Notes: generated by a model from the sequence alone, not told the origin. A stretch of 64,000 nt of DNA from Bdellovibrionales bacterium (GCA_027317865.1 DAHVQG010000001.1:128001-192000), one strand, 5' to 3'. Positions 10,375 to 20,092 are shown, counted from the first letter of the stretch. Translations and numbers: made by a program.

Positions 10375-10507
10375 AGAGTAACTCCTTATGTCGAGCAAGT
10401 TATTTGGAATTTCAAGAAAGTTGAGTGCAATGTCAAATAGCGGTTTGACTTTTAACAGAAGAAAATTAAAAACGCATCATGTCAGAATTCATAGCGGATA
10501 ATTTATA

Positions 10508-11779
10508 ATGAGCACAGCATCTAAACAGTATCCGGCGTGCCCCAAAGGTGTTTACTCCCTACGTCGTTTTTTAACTGCTGTCGAATCGGATGCCTGGCCG
10601 AGCAATGATGCTCGCGTAACAGTAGGCGGCCGCTTGGCCATACCATTTTTGGCGGATGAGGGCGGTCGAATTGAACTTCCGCGGGAATTTTTTGAAAGCG
10701 GCCAAGCTGAAAACGATGAGCTCTGGTGCGTGAGTTTTTTGATGAGCGACTTTGATCCACAGTTAAGGGCCGTTCGGCGCGTAGTTGAGTCACAATGTCT
10801 CACGAAGTCGATTCGCGAAGTCACATGGAGTAGGCCTAAATCTCAAAACATTTTGGCCTGGGGGCCGTTTGTCGACGGAATTAAAGATCACTTGCGCAAT
10901 TTGGGACTTCAAGAAATTACGACTCCCACCGTCGTGCAAAATCCCGGCATGGAGCCAGAACTCGAACCCTTTTGCATTACAACGAACACGCGGCCGCAAG
11001 CGGATCGTTCGCGCCCGCTTTTTCTTGCCACAAGCCCGGAGCTTCATATCAAACAGCTTTTGGCACTTGGTTATACCGATGTATTCGAAATTAAAACAGT
11101 TTATCGCAAAGAAGAGTTAACTCCATTGCATGAGCCCGAGTTTCACATGCTGGAATGGTATCGCGGGTATGCCGATCTTGATTTGATTATTGACGATTTG
11201 ACGTCCCTTCTGGGAAATGTGGCAAACATAAACGAGAATGAAATTAAGCACACGACGATTCGTGAACTTTTTCGTGTTACGGGATTTGAATTAAAACCTA
11301 ATAGCAGCGCTCAAGAGCTTTTTGATTTGGCAAAGCGGCTGGAGCTTCATCCGAACGAGCGCATGGACTGGAATGATCTATTTCATCTTATTTGGGTCAC
11401 AAAGGTTGAACCAAGGTTGCCAAAGGACCCCCTTTTTGTGCGCGATTACCCGCCTTCGCAAGCGGCGCTGGCGCGAAAAAACGCATCGGGTTGGGCCGAC
11501 CGGCTCGAGTTTTACTGGCAGGGTGTCGAAATTGCCAACGCGTTTCACGAACTCAATGACCCGAACGAGCAACGTCTACGCTTTTTGAGTGATCAAAAGA
11601 AACGCATAGAATACGGACGTACTCCTTTAGAGATAGATGAAAATTTTATGCAATCGCTGGAGTTTGGTATGCCACCGTCGGGCGGAATTGCATTAGGTGT
11701 CGATCGACTTTTTATGCTTGTACAAGACGCGCCAAATTTACAATCGGTACGGGCTTTTGGGTGGAAGCATCAACTTTGA
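10508..11779 (+). CDS. epmA: EF-P lysine aminoacylase EpmA/GenX (LysRS paralog) with N-terminal extension
   Basis: PGMEPELEPF, FLATSPELHIK, HEPEFHMLEWYRG, GVEIANAFHELND and GMPPSGGIALGVDRL. Confidence 0.88.
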   Translation: MSTASKQYPACPKGVYSLRRFLTAVESDAWPSNDARVTVGGRLAIPFLADEGGRIELPREFFESGQAENDELWCVSFLMSDFDPQLRAVRRVVESQCLTKSIREVTWSRPKSQNILAWGPFVDGIKDHLRNLGLQEITTPTVVQNPGMEPELEPFCITTNTRPQADRSRPLFLATSPELHIKQLLALGYTDVFEIKTVYRKEELTPLHEPEFHMLEWYRGYADLDLIIDDLTSLLGNVANINENEIKHTTIRELFRVTGFELKPNSSAQELFDLAKRLELHPNERMDWNDLFHLIWVTKVEPRLPKDPLFVRDYPPSQAALARKNASGWADRLEFYWQGVEIANAFHELNDPNEQRLRFLSDQKKRIEYGRTPLEIDENFMQSLEFGMPPSGGIALGVDRLFMLVQDAPNLQSVRAFGWKHQL

Positions 11780-12054
11780 CCGCGGTTGATATCTTCGCGA
11801 AGTTCTTTGCCCACTTTGAAAAACGGCAATTTTTTCTGTTCAACTTCGATGATTTCGCCTGTTCGCGGATTTCGACCTTGGTAAGCGTCGTATTCACGAT
11901 TAACAAAAGAACCGAATCCGCGAATTTCAATTCGATCGTCGCGCAATAAAGCTTCGGTAAGCGAGTCAAATATCGTATTCACGACCGTTTCAGCTTTGAC
12001 CCGCGTTATGTGCGCTTTTTCTGAAATGACATTGATGAGATCGGCTTTGGTCAT
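11770..12054 (-). CDS. ihfB: Integration host factor beta / HU-family DNA-binding protein
   Basis: MTKADL, RIEIRGFGSF, GRNPRTG and FKVGKELR motifs. Confidence 0.8.
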   Translation of the reverse strand: MTKADLINVISEKAHITRVKAETVVNTIFDSLTEALLRDDRIEIRGFGSFVNREYDAYQGRNPRTGEIIEVEQKKLPFFKVGKELREDINRGQS

Positions 12055-12103
12055 TCGTGTACCCTTTTAAGATATTGAATTCACTCAAATTGTAGAGCAA
12101 CAA

Positions 12104-13375
12104 CTAATTGGCTTTCGCCAGTCTGCGCCAAAAAGGCCGACTCTGGACCAGTTGAAAATACGCGTTCAGTAAAAGCTCCACCATCTTTTCCGGATTAAAC
12201 AGATCCAGCACTTTTTGGTGGGCCTGTTGGCCGATTTCAGCCAGCGGCAGTTCACCGTTGAGTAAGCTCGTAATTAGATTTGAAAGGCTTACGACGTCAG
12301 CCGGCCGCACTAAAAACCCATTTTTTCTATCTTCGATAATCGTAGAAATGGGGCTAAGTTCAGAGCCGATGACAATTTTCTTCTGCGCCATGGCCTCAAG
12401 CATTGTGGGCTCAAAGCCAGAAGTGCGTGAGCTAAGGTTGACATATATATCGGATAGGGCCACGGCATCGGTGATTTCTTCGGCCGAAAGTGCGCCTGTA
12501 AATACGGTTTTATTGCCGAGCACAAGATTCAAAGTTTCGAACTCAATGCGATCGCGCAGTGGCCCGTTTCCGATCACTATAAGCCGCGTATTTGGCTTCT
12601 TGATGACAACTGCTTGAAATGCCCGCAGCAAGTTAACGATTTCGGTCAATTCAGTCATATCCGTTTGTGTGACAACAACATGGGCATTGGCTGGGATTTC
12701 TAATTTTTGTCGAAGCGCTTCGGATTTTTCACGCAATACAGTTTCAAAATAATCGAGCCCGTATGGCACGACGAAAGTCTTAAGGTCGGGGTACATATAG
12801 TATCTCTCAAGTACTATTTTTTGTTGAGGAGTGGCGACAAACACGCCGTCGGCTGTCTTGAGAATCGCCCGATCGCCTCCGTAATAAGTGGTCAGAAATT
12901 TATAAGATACCGCAACGGCAGTCGTGAGAAGGCCACTGATTGTTTCTTTGGCCATGCCGAAGATTGAAAAAAGTTGGGCCATTTGCGTTGCTGACACATC
13001 GTAAGCCATTATGATTTTTAACCGCCTGCGCTCGCGAGCGATCAGAAATCCAGATTCATCAAGGCTATGCACAATATGAAACGGTTTTGAAGTATGGAGA
13101 TCTAAAAATTTGCGATAAGCCAGCTGCGGAAATTGTCGAAGCGTGGCGCCTTTACGCTCCCCCAAAAAAAAGGCCCGCACATGATCAGTTTGGATTTCGG
13201 CTTTACCGCGTGGATTTTGCCAAGACAATACTGTGACTTCGTGACCCTGTTTGGCAAGCCCGCGCGCTACCGGCCAAAGATAATTTTCATCTGATCCACG
13301 TCCAGGATAAGGAAATTTCTTTGTAATCAAGCAAACATTGAGCTTATCAGGTACGTACGGGCGAATAATACTCAT
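12104..13375 (-). CDS. GT4-family glycosyltransferase
   Basis: LAKQGHEVTV, IGNGP, GFEPTMLEAMA and NGFLV; GT-B fold. Confidence 0.8.
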   Translation of the reverse strand: MSIIRPYVPDKLNVCLITKKFPYPGRGSDENYLWPVARGLAKQGHEVTVLSWQNPRGKAEIQTDHVRAFFLGERKGATLRQFPQLAYRKFLDLHTSKPFHIVHSLDESGFLIARERRRLKIIMAYDVSATQMAQLFSIFGMAKETISGLLTTAVAVSYKFLTTYYGGDRAILKTADGVFVATPQQKIVLERYYMYPDLKTFVVPYGLDYFETVLREKSEALRQKLEIPANAHVVVTQTDMTELTEIVNLLRAFQAVVIKKPNTRLIVIGNGPLRDRIEFETLNLVLGNKTVFTGALSAEEITDAVALSDIYVNLSSRTSGFEPTMLEAMAQKKIVIGSELSPISTIIEDRKNGFLVRPADVVSLSNLITSLLNGELPLAEIGQQAHQKVLDLFNPEKMVELLLNAYFQLVQSRPFWRRLAKAN

Positions 13376-13421
13376 TAGGTTCGCGAATTAGCTTTCATTT
13401 AGCTAACTCCTCCTCGCTCGA

Positions 13422-13868
13422 TTATTTCAAAAGGGCAATGATTCTGTCGAGCACATTTCGATTGGCGTCGGGGAGAGCTGCAGTTTTCAGTTCATCGGCG
13501 GTAAACCACTTGAGTTCCGAGTGATGTTGAGTCTGCGGCTGACCGCTCCAATATTTCACTTCGAAGAAAAGAAGCAATACGCCGACGTCATTGTAGTTAT
13601 GGCAAGTAGCAAATTTTAGCGCGCCGACTTGAGCTTCGATACCAAGTTCTTCTTGAAGTTCACGGGCGAGTGCTTGTTCTGGAGATTCCCCCATCTCGAT
13701 TTTGCCGCCGGGGAATTCCCATAGTCCGGCAAGGCTGCCACCTTCGGGCCGTCGTCCGAGCAACACAAGATTTTCGCGGCGGATGATGCCCGCGACAACG
13801 GGCAGCCACGTCGGTCTATTGGGTTTGTCGCGCTTGATAAGACACCTCGTGAAAAAACGTAGGCCCAT
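13422..13868 (-). CDS. mutT: NUDIX hydrolase, MutT/NudG-like
   Basis: LWEFPGGKIEMGESPEQALARELQEELG Nudix box. Start is uncertain and overlaps the pyrD 3' end. Confidence 0.75.
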   Translation of the reverse strand: MGLRFFTRCLIKRDKPNRPTWLPVVAGIIRRENLVLLGRRPEGGSLAGLWEFPGGKIEMGESPEQALARELQEELGIEAQVGALKFATCHNYNDVGVLLLFFEVKYWSGQPQTQHHSELKWFTADELKTAALPDANRNVLDRIIALLK

Positions 13869-14796
13869 TAAACACGAGAGCGGTGTAAATCTGTACCAGT
13901 TGTGCGCCAAGGCGAAGCCGTTCAAATACATCTTCGGCCGACATGACACCGCCAACAGAAACGATGAGTTTATCCTGACGTTGATCACCCAAATGGCTAT
14001 TGGCAATTTTGAGCATTTCGATGGCGCGGGCGGCTAACGGACGGCCCGACACCCCGCCATCGGGTGGATAGAGTTTTTTCGTCAGATCATTTCTTTCTAG
14101 CGTCGTGTTGGTTAAAACCCAGCCCGAGATTCCGAGCGCAGCTGAAATATCGAGGCACGACCGCAGTTCGTCGTCGGTAACATCAGGACTTAATTTCAGT
14201 AAAACGGGGATATTTTGAGCGGCCGCTATGACGGGCCGAAGAAATTCTTGAAGTCTTACGGGGTGAAGTAGTTCGCGAAGGCCCTTTGTGTTTGGGCTAC
14301 TGATATTAATAACAAACACGTCGGCAACAGAAGCGAATTTTTCAATCAGTTGGATATAATCTTCGTGAGCACGAGGCAAAGCCGTGTCGCGATTTTTGCC
14401 GATATTTACAAAAATCGGTGTCGGGCACGGGCGCTTGATTTGCAAAATTCGTTGCAATATTTTTTCGCCACCGTCATTTGGAAAGCCCAGGTGATTCCAA
14501 ACCGACTCGGTTTGGACATCGCGGTCAAAACATTTACCGGGATTGGCCTTTTGCGGTTTTGGTGTAACGGTTCCAATTTCTAAAAAGCCGGGGCCAAGCG
14601 ACCAGAGTCCGCGCATGAGAAGAGCGTTTTTGTCGAGCCCACCAGCCACTCCTAAAGGGTTCGCGAAGTGCAAACCTCGCCAGGTAAATGATTGCCAGCT
14701 TTCAATTTTCGAAGATTTAAATGCGCCTATGAATCGCAACGTGCCATGGCCAAGCGAATGGGCCATGGCAGGCGGCAACCACAACCATGGGCGCAA
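13816..14796 (-). CDS. pyrD: Quinone-dependent dihydroorotate dehydrogenase (class 2)
   Basis: NPLGVAGGLDKN, GTVTPKPQ, NIGKN, NISSPNTKGLR, KLSPD, GGVSG and QIYTA motifs. Confidence 0.92.
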   Translation of the reverse strand: MRPWLWLPPAMAHSLGHGTLRFIGAFKSSKIESWQSFTWRGLHFANPLGVAGGLDKNALLMRGLWSLGPGFLEIGTVTPKPQKANPGKCFDRDVQTESVWNHLGFPNDGGEKILQRILQIKRPCPTPIFVNIGKNRDTALPRAHEDYIQLIEKFASVADVFVINISSPNTKGLRELLHPVRLQEFLRPVIAAAQNIPVLLKLSPDVTDDELRSCLDISAALGISGWVLTNTTLERNDLTKKLYPPDGGVSGRPLAARAIEMLKIANSHLGDQRQDKLIVSVGGVMSAEDVFERLRLGAQLVQIYTALVFNGPTFFHEVSYQARQTQ

Positions 14797-16056
14797 TTAA
14801 ATTTGACCCCGAAGTTTAAGTGCGGCTTCTAGGCGGATTAATGAAACCGACATCGCCGAGGTGCGCATATCGACATGGTTTTGTTTTGAAAACTCCCAAA
14901 CCTTATCGAATGAACGATACATGACGGTACGGAGTTTTTCGCGCACTTGTGTTTCATCCCAAAAGAGCCAGCTGATGTCTTGTACCCATTCGAAGTAGCT
15001 CACCACAACGCCGCCGCCATTGGCGAGAATGTCGGGTATAATAAGACATTTTTTAGCATTTAAAATTTCGTTGGCATTTGCGGTGACCGGGCCATTCGCG
15101 CCTTCGACGATGATTTTAGCTTTTACGCGATCGGCATTGTTGGAATTGATCGTGCCGTCGAGAGCACACGGGGCTAAAACCTCGGCGTCGAGAGCAAGTA
15201 AATCTTCATTCGATATAACTTTGCCGCCGTGGTATCCGCTTAAAGTCATTTTCGAATCGTAATGTTCGGCCAATTCCGGAATATTGAGACCCTCTGGATT
15301 GTAAAGCGCATTGTTGACATCACTTACAGCGACCACTCGTGCTCCAAGATGATGCGCTTCAAGAGCCGCGTGTTTACCGACTTTACCGAAACCTTGTACG
15401 GCAAGTGTTGTGCCTTTGATTTTCTTCGAGAGCTTTTCAAGCACTTTTTCAATAATGTAAACGACGCCTAATCCTGTTGCCGCGTCTCGACCTGCGGAGC
15501 CCCCGATTTCGAGTGGCTTACCCGTAACGACACCGGTTTGTGAAAAACCGCTTTCAAGGGAGTATTGATCGAGCATCCAGGCCATAGTTTGTGAACTTGT
15601 CCCCACATCAGGAGCGGGGATGTCGCGATCGGGGCCGATCCACGGCGCAATTTCAGACGTATATCGACGAGTCAATTGCTCGGCCTCACGTGCTGAAATT
15701 TGAGTGGGATCAACGCAAATGCCGCCTTTGGCTCCGCCAAGTGGCAAATTAAGAAGTGAATTTTTAAATGTCATTAGAGATGCTAGTGCCGCGACTTCAC
15801 TTAGTGTGACCGACTGGTGATAACGAATTCCACCTTTAAATGGTCCGAGTACGTGATTATGTTGCACGCGATAACCTGAAAAAACTCGAAATGAACCGTC
15901 GTCCATACGAACAGGTACGCTGACAACAATGGCACGGCGAGGTGATTTGAGGCGTTCTAAAGCCGCCGGGCTGAGTTTAATTATTTGAGCGGAATGCTCC
16001 ATGTTGCGGATCGTGTTTTTAAATAACGAAGATTCGGATATGCCTTCCATTTCCAT
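14797..16056 (-). CDS. gdhA: Glu/Leu/Phe/Val dehydrogenase (glutamate dehydrogenase)
   Basis: GPFKGGIRYH, GGAKGG, DIPAPDVGT, QGFGKVG, EGANGP and GGVVVSYFEWVQ. Confidence 0.9.
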   Translation of the reverse strand: MEMEGISESSLFKNTIRNMEHSAQIIKLSPAALERLKSPRRAIVVSVPVRMDDGSFRVFSGYRVQHNHVLGPFKGGIRYHQSVTLSEVAALASLMTFKNSLLNLPLGGAKGGICVDPTQISAREAEQLTRRYTSEIAPWIGPDRDIPAPDVGTSSQTMAWMLDQYSLESGFSQTGVVTGKPLEIGGSAGRDAATGLGVVYIIEKVLEKLSKKIKGTTLAVQGFGKVGKHAALEAHHLGARVVAVSDVNNALYNPEGLNIPELAEHYDSKMTLSGYHGGKVISNEDLLALDAEVLAPCALDGTINSNNADRVKAKIIVEGANGPVTANANEILNAKKCLIIPDILANGGGVVVSYFEWVQDISWLFWDETQVREKLRTVMYRSFDKVWEFSKQNHVDMRTSAMSVSLIRLEAALKLRGQI

Positions 16057-16169
16057 AAACTAAGACTCCTTTAATCGTGAATTCAGAGTAAAGGCGCAAA
16101 AATGGAAAAATTCAATACCTGGTGGCGAAGCGTTAGACTTTAATCAGGAGCTCTGTTAAGACTGCCGGG

Positions 16170-17210
16170 ATGAGACAATTGACGCGAGAAGAGTTGAACA
16201 ATAGCAAGCGCACAGTGCGTGACAACTTGGGGCGAATCGAGGGCAAAAAGGTCCTGGTTATAGGCGACGTGGGCTTGGATGAGTACTTGATGGGCGACGT
16301 GCGGCGAATTAGCCCGGAAGCGCCTGTTCCCGTGGTTGAAATTCGAAATCGCGAATATCGTTTGGGCCTCGCGGCAAACGTTGCGCAAAACATACACTCA
16401 CTTGGCGGGATCGGTCTTATGGTTGGCGTTGTCGGTAACGACACAGCCGCAAAGGATTTTGGGACAATACTTAAAAAATACGGCGTCTCGGACCAAAATT
16501 TAATTGTCGACGATGGGCGCCCAACGACCCATAAGGTCCGTCTAATGTCGGGGCAGCACCATGTTGTGCGGTTTGATTTTGAAGAAACTAAATTTTTGCC
16601 GTCGTCTCTTGAAAAATCGGTAGTTGAAAAATTTCGGTCGTTATTAGAGGGCAGTGTAGGCGTGGTATTGCAAGACTACGGCAAGGGAGTTTTAAGCGAA
16701 AATCTCTGTCAGACTTTGATTCGCGTGACCCACGAACAAAACAAAAAAGTTGTTGTAGACCCGCATCGCACGACTCCTATTCGGTACTACCGTGGCGCCG
16801 ATGTCTTGAAACCGAATCGCGAAGAGGCCTATCTGCTTTCGGGCTTGAACCTCGATGATTTACGTGATCATCCCAATTCTCTAATTGACGTGGGGCAAGC
16901 GATTCAAGAGCAGACCGGGTGCTCGCACCTGATCGTAACTCAAGGCCAAAATGGCGTAACGTTATTTTCGCGAGAAAAAACGGCAGCTCATGAATCGAAC
17001 GGCGCCACTTCAATTCCGACTGACGCGCGACAGGTGTTCGACGTTACCGGAGCCGGCGACACCTATTTGGCGGCGTTTAGTCTGGCTTGGTTCAGTGGAT
17101 TGTCGCTTGAAACGGCGGCAATTATGGCCAATGCAGCTGCTGGTGTTGTGGTCGGCAAAATTGGCTGTGTGCCCTGTAGCCAAGAAGAGCTTCGTGAGGC
17201 GCTCGAATAA
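16170..17210 (+). CDS. rfaE1: D-glycero-beta-D-manno-heptose-7-phosphate kinase (RfaE domain I / HldA)
   Basis: VIGDVGLDEY, RISPEAPVPV, DYGKG, KPN and VFDVTGAGDT. No adenylyltransferase domain is fused. Confidence 0.88.
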   Translation: MRQLTREELNNSKRTVRDNLGRIEGKKVLVIGDVGLDEYLMGDVRRISPEAPVPVVEIRNREYRLGLAANVAQNIHSLGGIGLMVGVVGNDTAAKDFGTILKKYGVSDQNLIVDDGRPTTHKVRLMSGQHHVVRFDFEETKFLPSSLEKSVVEKFRSLLEGSVGVVLQDYGKGVLSENLCQTLIRVTHEQNKKVVVDPHRTTPIRYYRGADVLKPNREEAYLLSGLNLDDLRDHPNSLIDVGQAIQEQTGCSHLIVTQGQNGVTLFSREKTAAHESNGATSIPTDARQVFDVTGAGDTYLAAFSLAWFSGLSLETAAIMANAAAGVVVGKIGCVPCSQEELREALE

Positions 17211-17215
17211 TTTTT

Positions 17216-18256
17216 ATGAATTTTTACGAACTCACCCACAAAAAACTCGAGGAATTTCTACAAGAGAACGAACTCGAACGATTCCGCGCGGACCAATTAT
17301 TTCGCTGGGTGTACGGCCGCCGTGAAACGGACTTTGCAAAAATGACCAACATGTCGAAGGTGGCACGTGCGAAGCTCGCTGAGATTTTGCGCTTTGAATT
17401 ACCAAAAACGGTCAAGCATCTTAAAAGTGCCGATGGGACAGAAAAATTTTTGTTTGAAGTGGGCGGCGGCGATACCGTTGAGTCGGTGCTAATTCCGGCG
17501 GATGATCGTCTGACACTTTGTGTTTCGTCTGAAGTCGGATGTAACATGGGTTGCAAATTTTGTTTTACCGGCAAACAGAAAATGAAACGTCGGCTCACGA
17601 CCGCTGAAATTGTCGGGCAGTATTTAGCGGCGTCAAGTTCGGTCGCCGCGCGCGACCGGCGGATCACAAACATCGTGTTTATGGGCATGGGTGAACCACT
17701 GGACAATCCCGATGCCGTTTTTTCGAGTATCGAAGTTTTGCATGCGCCGCTCGGTTGCAATTTGTCGAAGAAAAAAATCACAGTTTCAACTTCGGGGATC
17801 GTACCGTTGATCCCGCGCGTGACGGAATCCGGTGCGCGATTAGCTGTGAGTTTAAACGGCGTTAATGATGAAGTGCGGACTCAAGTGATGCCGATTAATA
17901 AACGATGGCCGCTCAAAGTGCTTCTCGAAAGTTGCCGGGAACATTGTCGTCAAACCGGCGACCGCGTAACGTTTGAATATGTACTTCTGAAGGGCGTGAC
18001 CGATTCACTCGAAAGTGCCCGCGCATTGTATCGTCTGACTCGAGATGTGCCGTGCAAAATAAACATCATTCCGTTTAACGAGCACCCAGGCTCTGGTTTT
18101 ACCCGACCGGACGAAAGTCAGGTCGTAAAGTTTCAAAACGAATTGATTCGCCTGGGAGCGCACGTTTTGCGGCGAAAAACCATGGGACGAGACATTTACG
18201 CCGCCTGCGGGCAACTGCGAACGGTTCATAACAGGGCCGAAGTCCTAAACAGTTAA
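17216..18256 (+). CDS. rlmN: 23S rRNA m2A2503 / tRNA A37 methyltransferase RlmN
   Basis: CVSSEVGCNMGCKFCFTG, MGMGEP, FEYVLL, NIIPFN and IYAACGQL. Confidence 0.95.
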   Translation: MNFYELTHKKLEEFLQENELERFRADQLFRWVYGRRETDFAKMTNMSKVARAKLAEILRFELPKTVKHLKSADGTEKFLFEVGGGDTVESVLIPADDRLTLCVSSEVGCNMGCKFCFTGKQKMKRRLTTAEIVGQYLAASSSVAARDRRITNIVFMGMGEPLDNPDAVFSSIEVLHAPLGCNLSKKKITVSTSGIVPLIPRVTESGARLAVSLNGVNDEVRTQVMPINKRWPLKVLLESCREHCRQTGDRVTFEYVLLKGVTDSLESARALYRLTRDVPCKINIIPFNEHPGSGFTRPDESQVVKFQNELIRLGAHVLRRKTMGRDIYAACGQLRTVHNRAEVLNS

Positions 18257-18289
18257 CAAAATCCTCTGTTTTTCCGATTGGTTAACCGG

Positions 18290-19081
18290 ATGAAACCAAA
18301 AACCGCAAAGGATTTTGTAAGTGATTTGATCGGAGATTTACTCGCTGATGAGGACGGGTCTGCGCAAAAAGACACGGAATCGACACCTGAAGATGCGACA
18401 TTGCGATTGCCTCCGGCTGAAACGCGAACGGGACCAGAAAAAATTGTGAGCCGAATTGGCGGCGGGGTCGTGCAAATCGCGGCCGAAACCGCGCTTGTCC
18501 AGTCTGAAAATTTGCGGATCGCGCAACGGCGCATTTTTGAACTCGAAAGTGAAGTCGATCGTCTGCGGCAAGAAAACGAACAACTGGCAGCGGCGGGCGA
18601 AACGTTACGTTTGCGCAGCAGCGAAACCCAAGCCGAGAACGAAGCGCTCAGCCGAAAGTTTGACGAACTCAAAGAGCAAATGAAATCAGAGAAAGAAATT
18701 TTGGAGTCCACAATTCAAGCGAAAGACCGTGAGACCAAAAATCTGAAAATGAAAATCGACGAATATGAAATGCGCCTTAGCGCAAGCATGCAAAAAGTTC
18801 GCATGCGCGAACGCGAACTTGAAAACCGTCTTGAACTTTTGAAAATGGAATCAACGGCTCTTGTCCGCGCGAAAGACGACACGATTTTAGATCTCAAAAG
18901 GCAAATCGATCAGCTCAACGTCGAACTCGAAAACTACCGGCATAAGGGGCAGGATTTAAATCGGCAAATTAACGAGAAACAAGAAACTCTAAAAAGGACG
19001 GTTAAAGCGCTGCGTTTGGCGCTGACGATGTTGGAGGGGGGGCAAGACAATATCTCTGAGCCCCTGAAAAAGGCGAAGTGA
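18290..19081 (+). CDS. Hypothetical long coiled-coil protein with acidic disordered N-terminus
   Basis: About 190 aa of E/K/L/R-rich heptads. Stop overlaps the GTG of the next gene (GTGA). Confidence 0.75.
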   Translation: MKPKTAKDFVSDLIGDLLADEDGSAQKDTESTPEDATLRLPPAETRTGPEKIVSRIGGGVVQIAAETALVQSENLRIAQRRIFELESEVDRLRQENEQLAAAGETLRLRSSETQAENEALSRKFDELKEQMKSEKEILESTIQAKDRETKNLKMKIDEYEMRLSASMQKVRMRERELENRLELLKMESTALVRAKDDTILDLKRQIDQLNVELENYRHKGQDLNRQINEKQETLKRTVKALRLALTMLEGGQDNISEPLKKAK

Positions 19082-20052
19082 CAGGAAACGGAAAAGATTT
19101 ACGTGATTTTTTCGACCGTCTTGAGCTGGAATGTGTACTCCCAGAATTGTTACAATACCTGTACCATGTCGGTTCTTGTGAAAATGTGATTTGGATATTG
19201 GCTGAAGAATTTAAGAGCCTCCACGATACAATCAGTTCAAATATTTGGGAGCCAGACCAACAAATGCACCGGCATCTCCGTTTGCAGGCGATTAAACCCA
19301 TTGACGAAGCCGACGTTCGACGGTTGGCCAATCTATTTGAGTGCAACCTTTCGATGTCGGCGCATATCGAAAGAGATGGCATCAGTGTTGTTGCCTGGCC
19401 GATTCTTAGCCAGGAAAATAAGACACCCATAGCCTATATTCTGATGACCGAAGTCAAAAAGGATGAAATTCAAAATTTACAAAGCCGGATCGGTAACGAC
19501 TTGTCGCAGATGTCGAAACACATTGGGTTCAGCGTTCAACACTGGCGTGCACAGAGGCTCTCGTTTCTTGACGATTTGACCGGTCTTTACAATCAGAAAT
19601 ATTTGTCCCTGGTTCTAGAGCATGAAATTTTGCATTGCCAAAGGCTCGACAAGAAATTTTCAGTCTTGTTTATGGATGTCGACTACTTTAAATCAGTTAA
19701 CGATACCCGGGGTCACTGGATTGGTTCGCGTCTTCTCGTTGAAATTGGGCGGCTTCTTAAGCAAATCTTACGAAGAAGTGACTATGCGTTCCGCTATGGT
19801 GGCGATGAATTTGTGGCAATTTTGCCGATGACGCCTTCAGAAGGGGCGAAAATGACCGCCGAACGAATTCGAAGTTGCATTGAAGCGACTGACTTCGCTA
19901 TTGACGGGCAACACCTTAAATTGACGATTAGTTTGGGCATTGCGACCTACCCCGATCACGCAAAAACTCATAAAGAAATAATAAAAATGGCCGACGAAGC
20001 GATGTACTGTGGTAAAAACAAGAGCCGAAATGTGGTATTTGTCGCAAGTTAA
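19078..20052 (+). CDS. GGDEF dinucleotide cyclase with Hypr-type Ser signature and N-terminal GAF-like region
   Basis: DDLTGLYN, MDVDYFKSVNDTRGHWIGS, I-site RRSD, RYGGDEF and ADEAMY. Confidence 0.9.
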   Translation: MTGNGKDLRDFFDRLELECVLPELLQYLYHVGSCENVIWILAEEFKSLHDTISSNIWEPDQQMHRHLRLQAIKPIDEADVRRLANLFECNLSMSAHIERDGISVVAWPILSQENKTPIAYILMTEVKKDEIQNLQSRIGNDLSQMSKHIGFSVQHWRAQRLSFLDDLTGLYNQKYLSLVLEHEILHCQRLDKKFSVLFMDVDYFKSVNDTRGHWIGSRLLVEIGRLLKQILRRSDYAFRYGGDEFVAILPMTPSEGAKMTAERIRSCIEATDFAIDGQHLKLTISLGIATYPDHAKTHKEIIKMADEAMYCGKNKSRNVVFVAS

Positions 20053-20092
20053 TTAGTTAAACACGATCAACAATGCGCAGTCGGCAAGTCAT

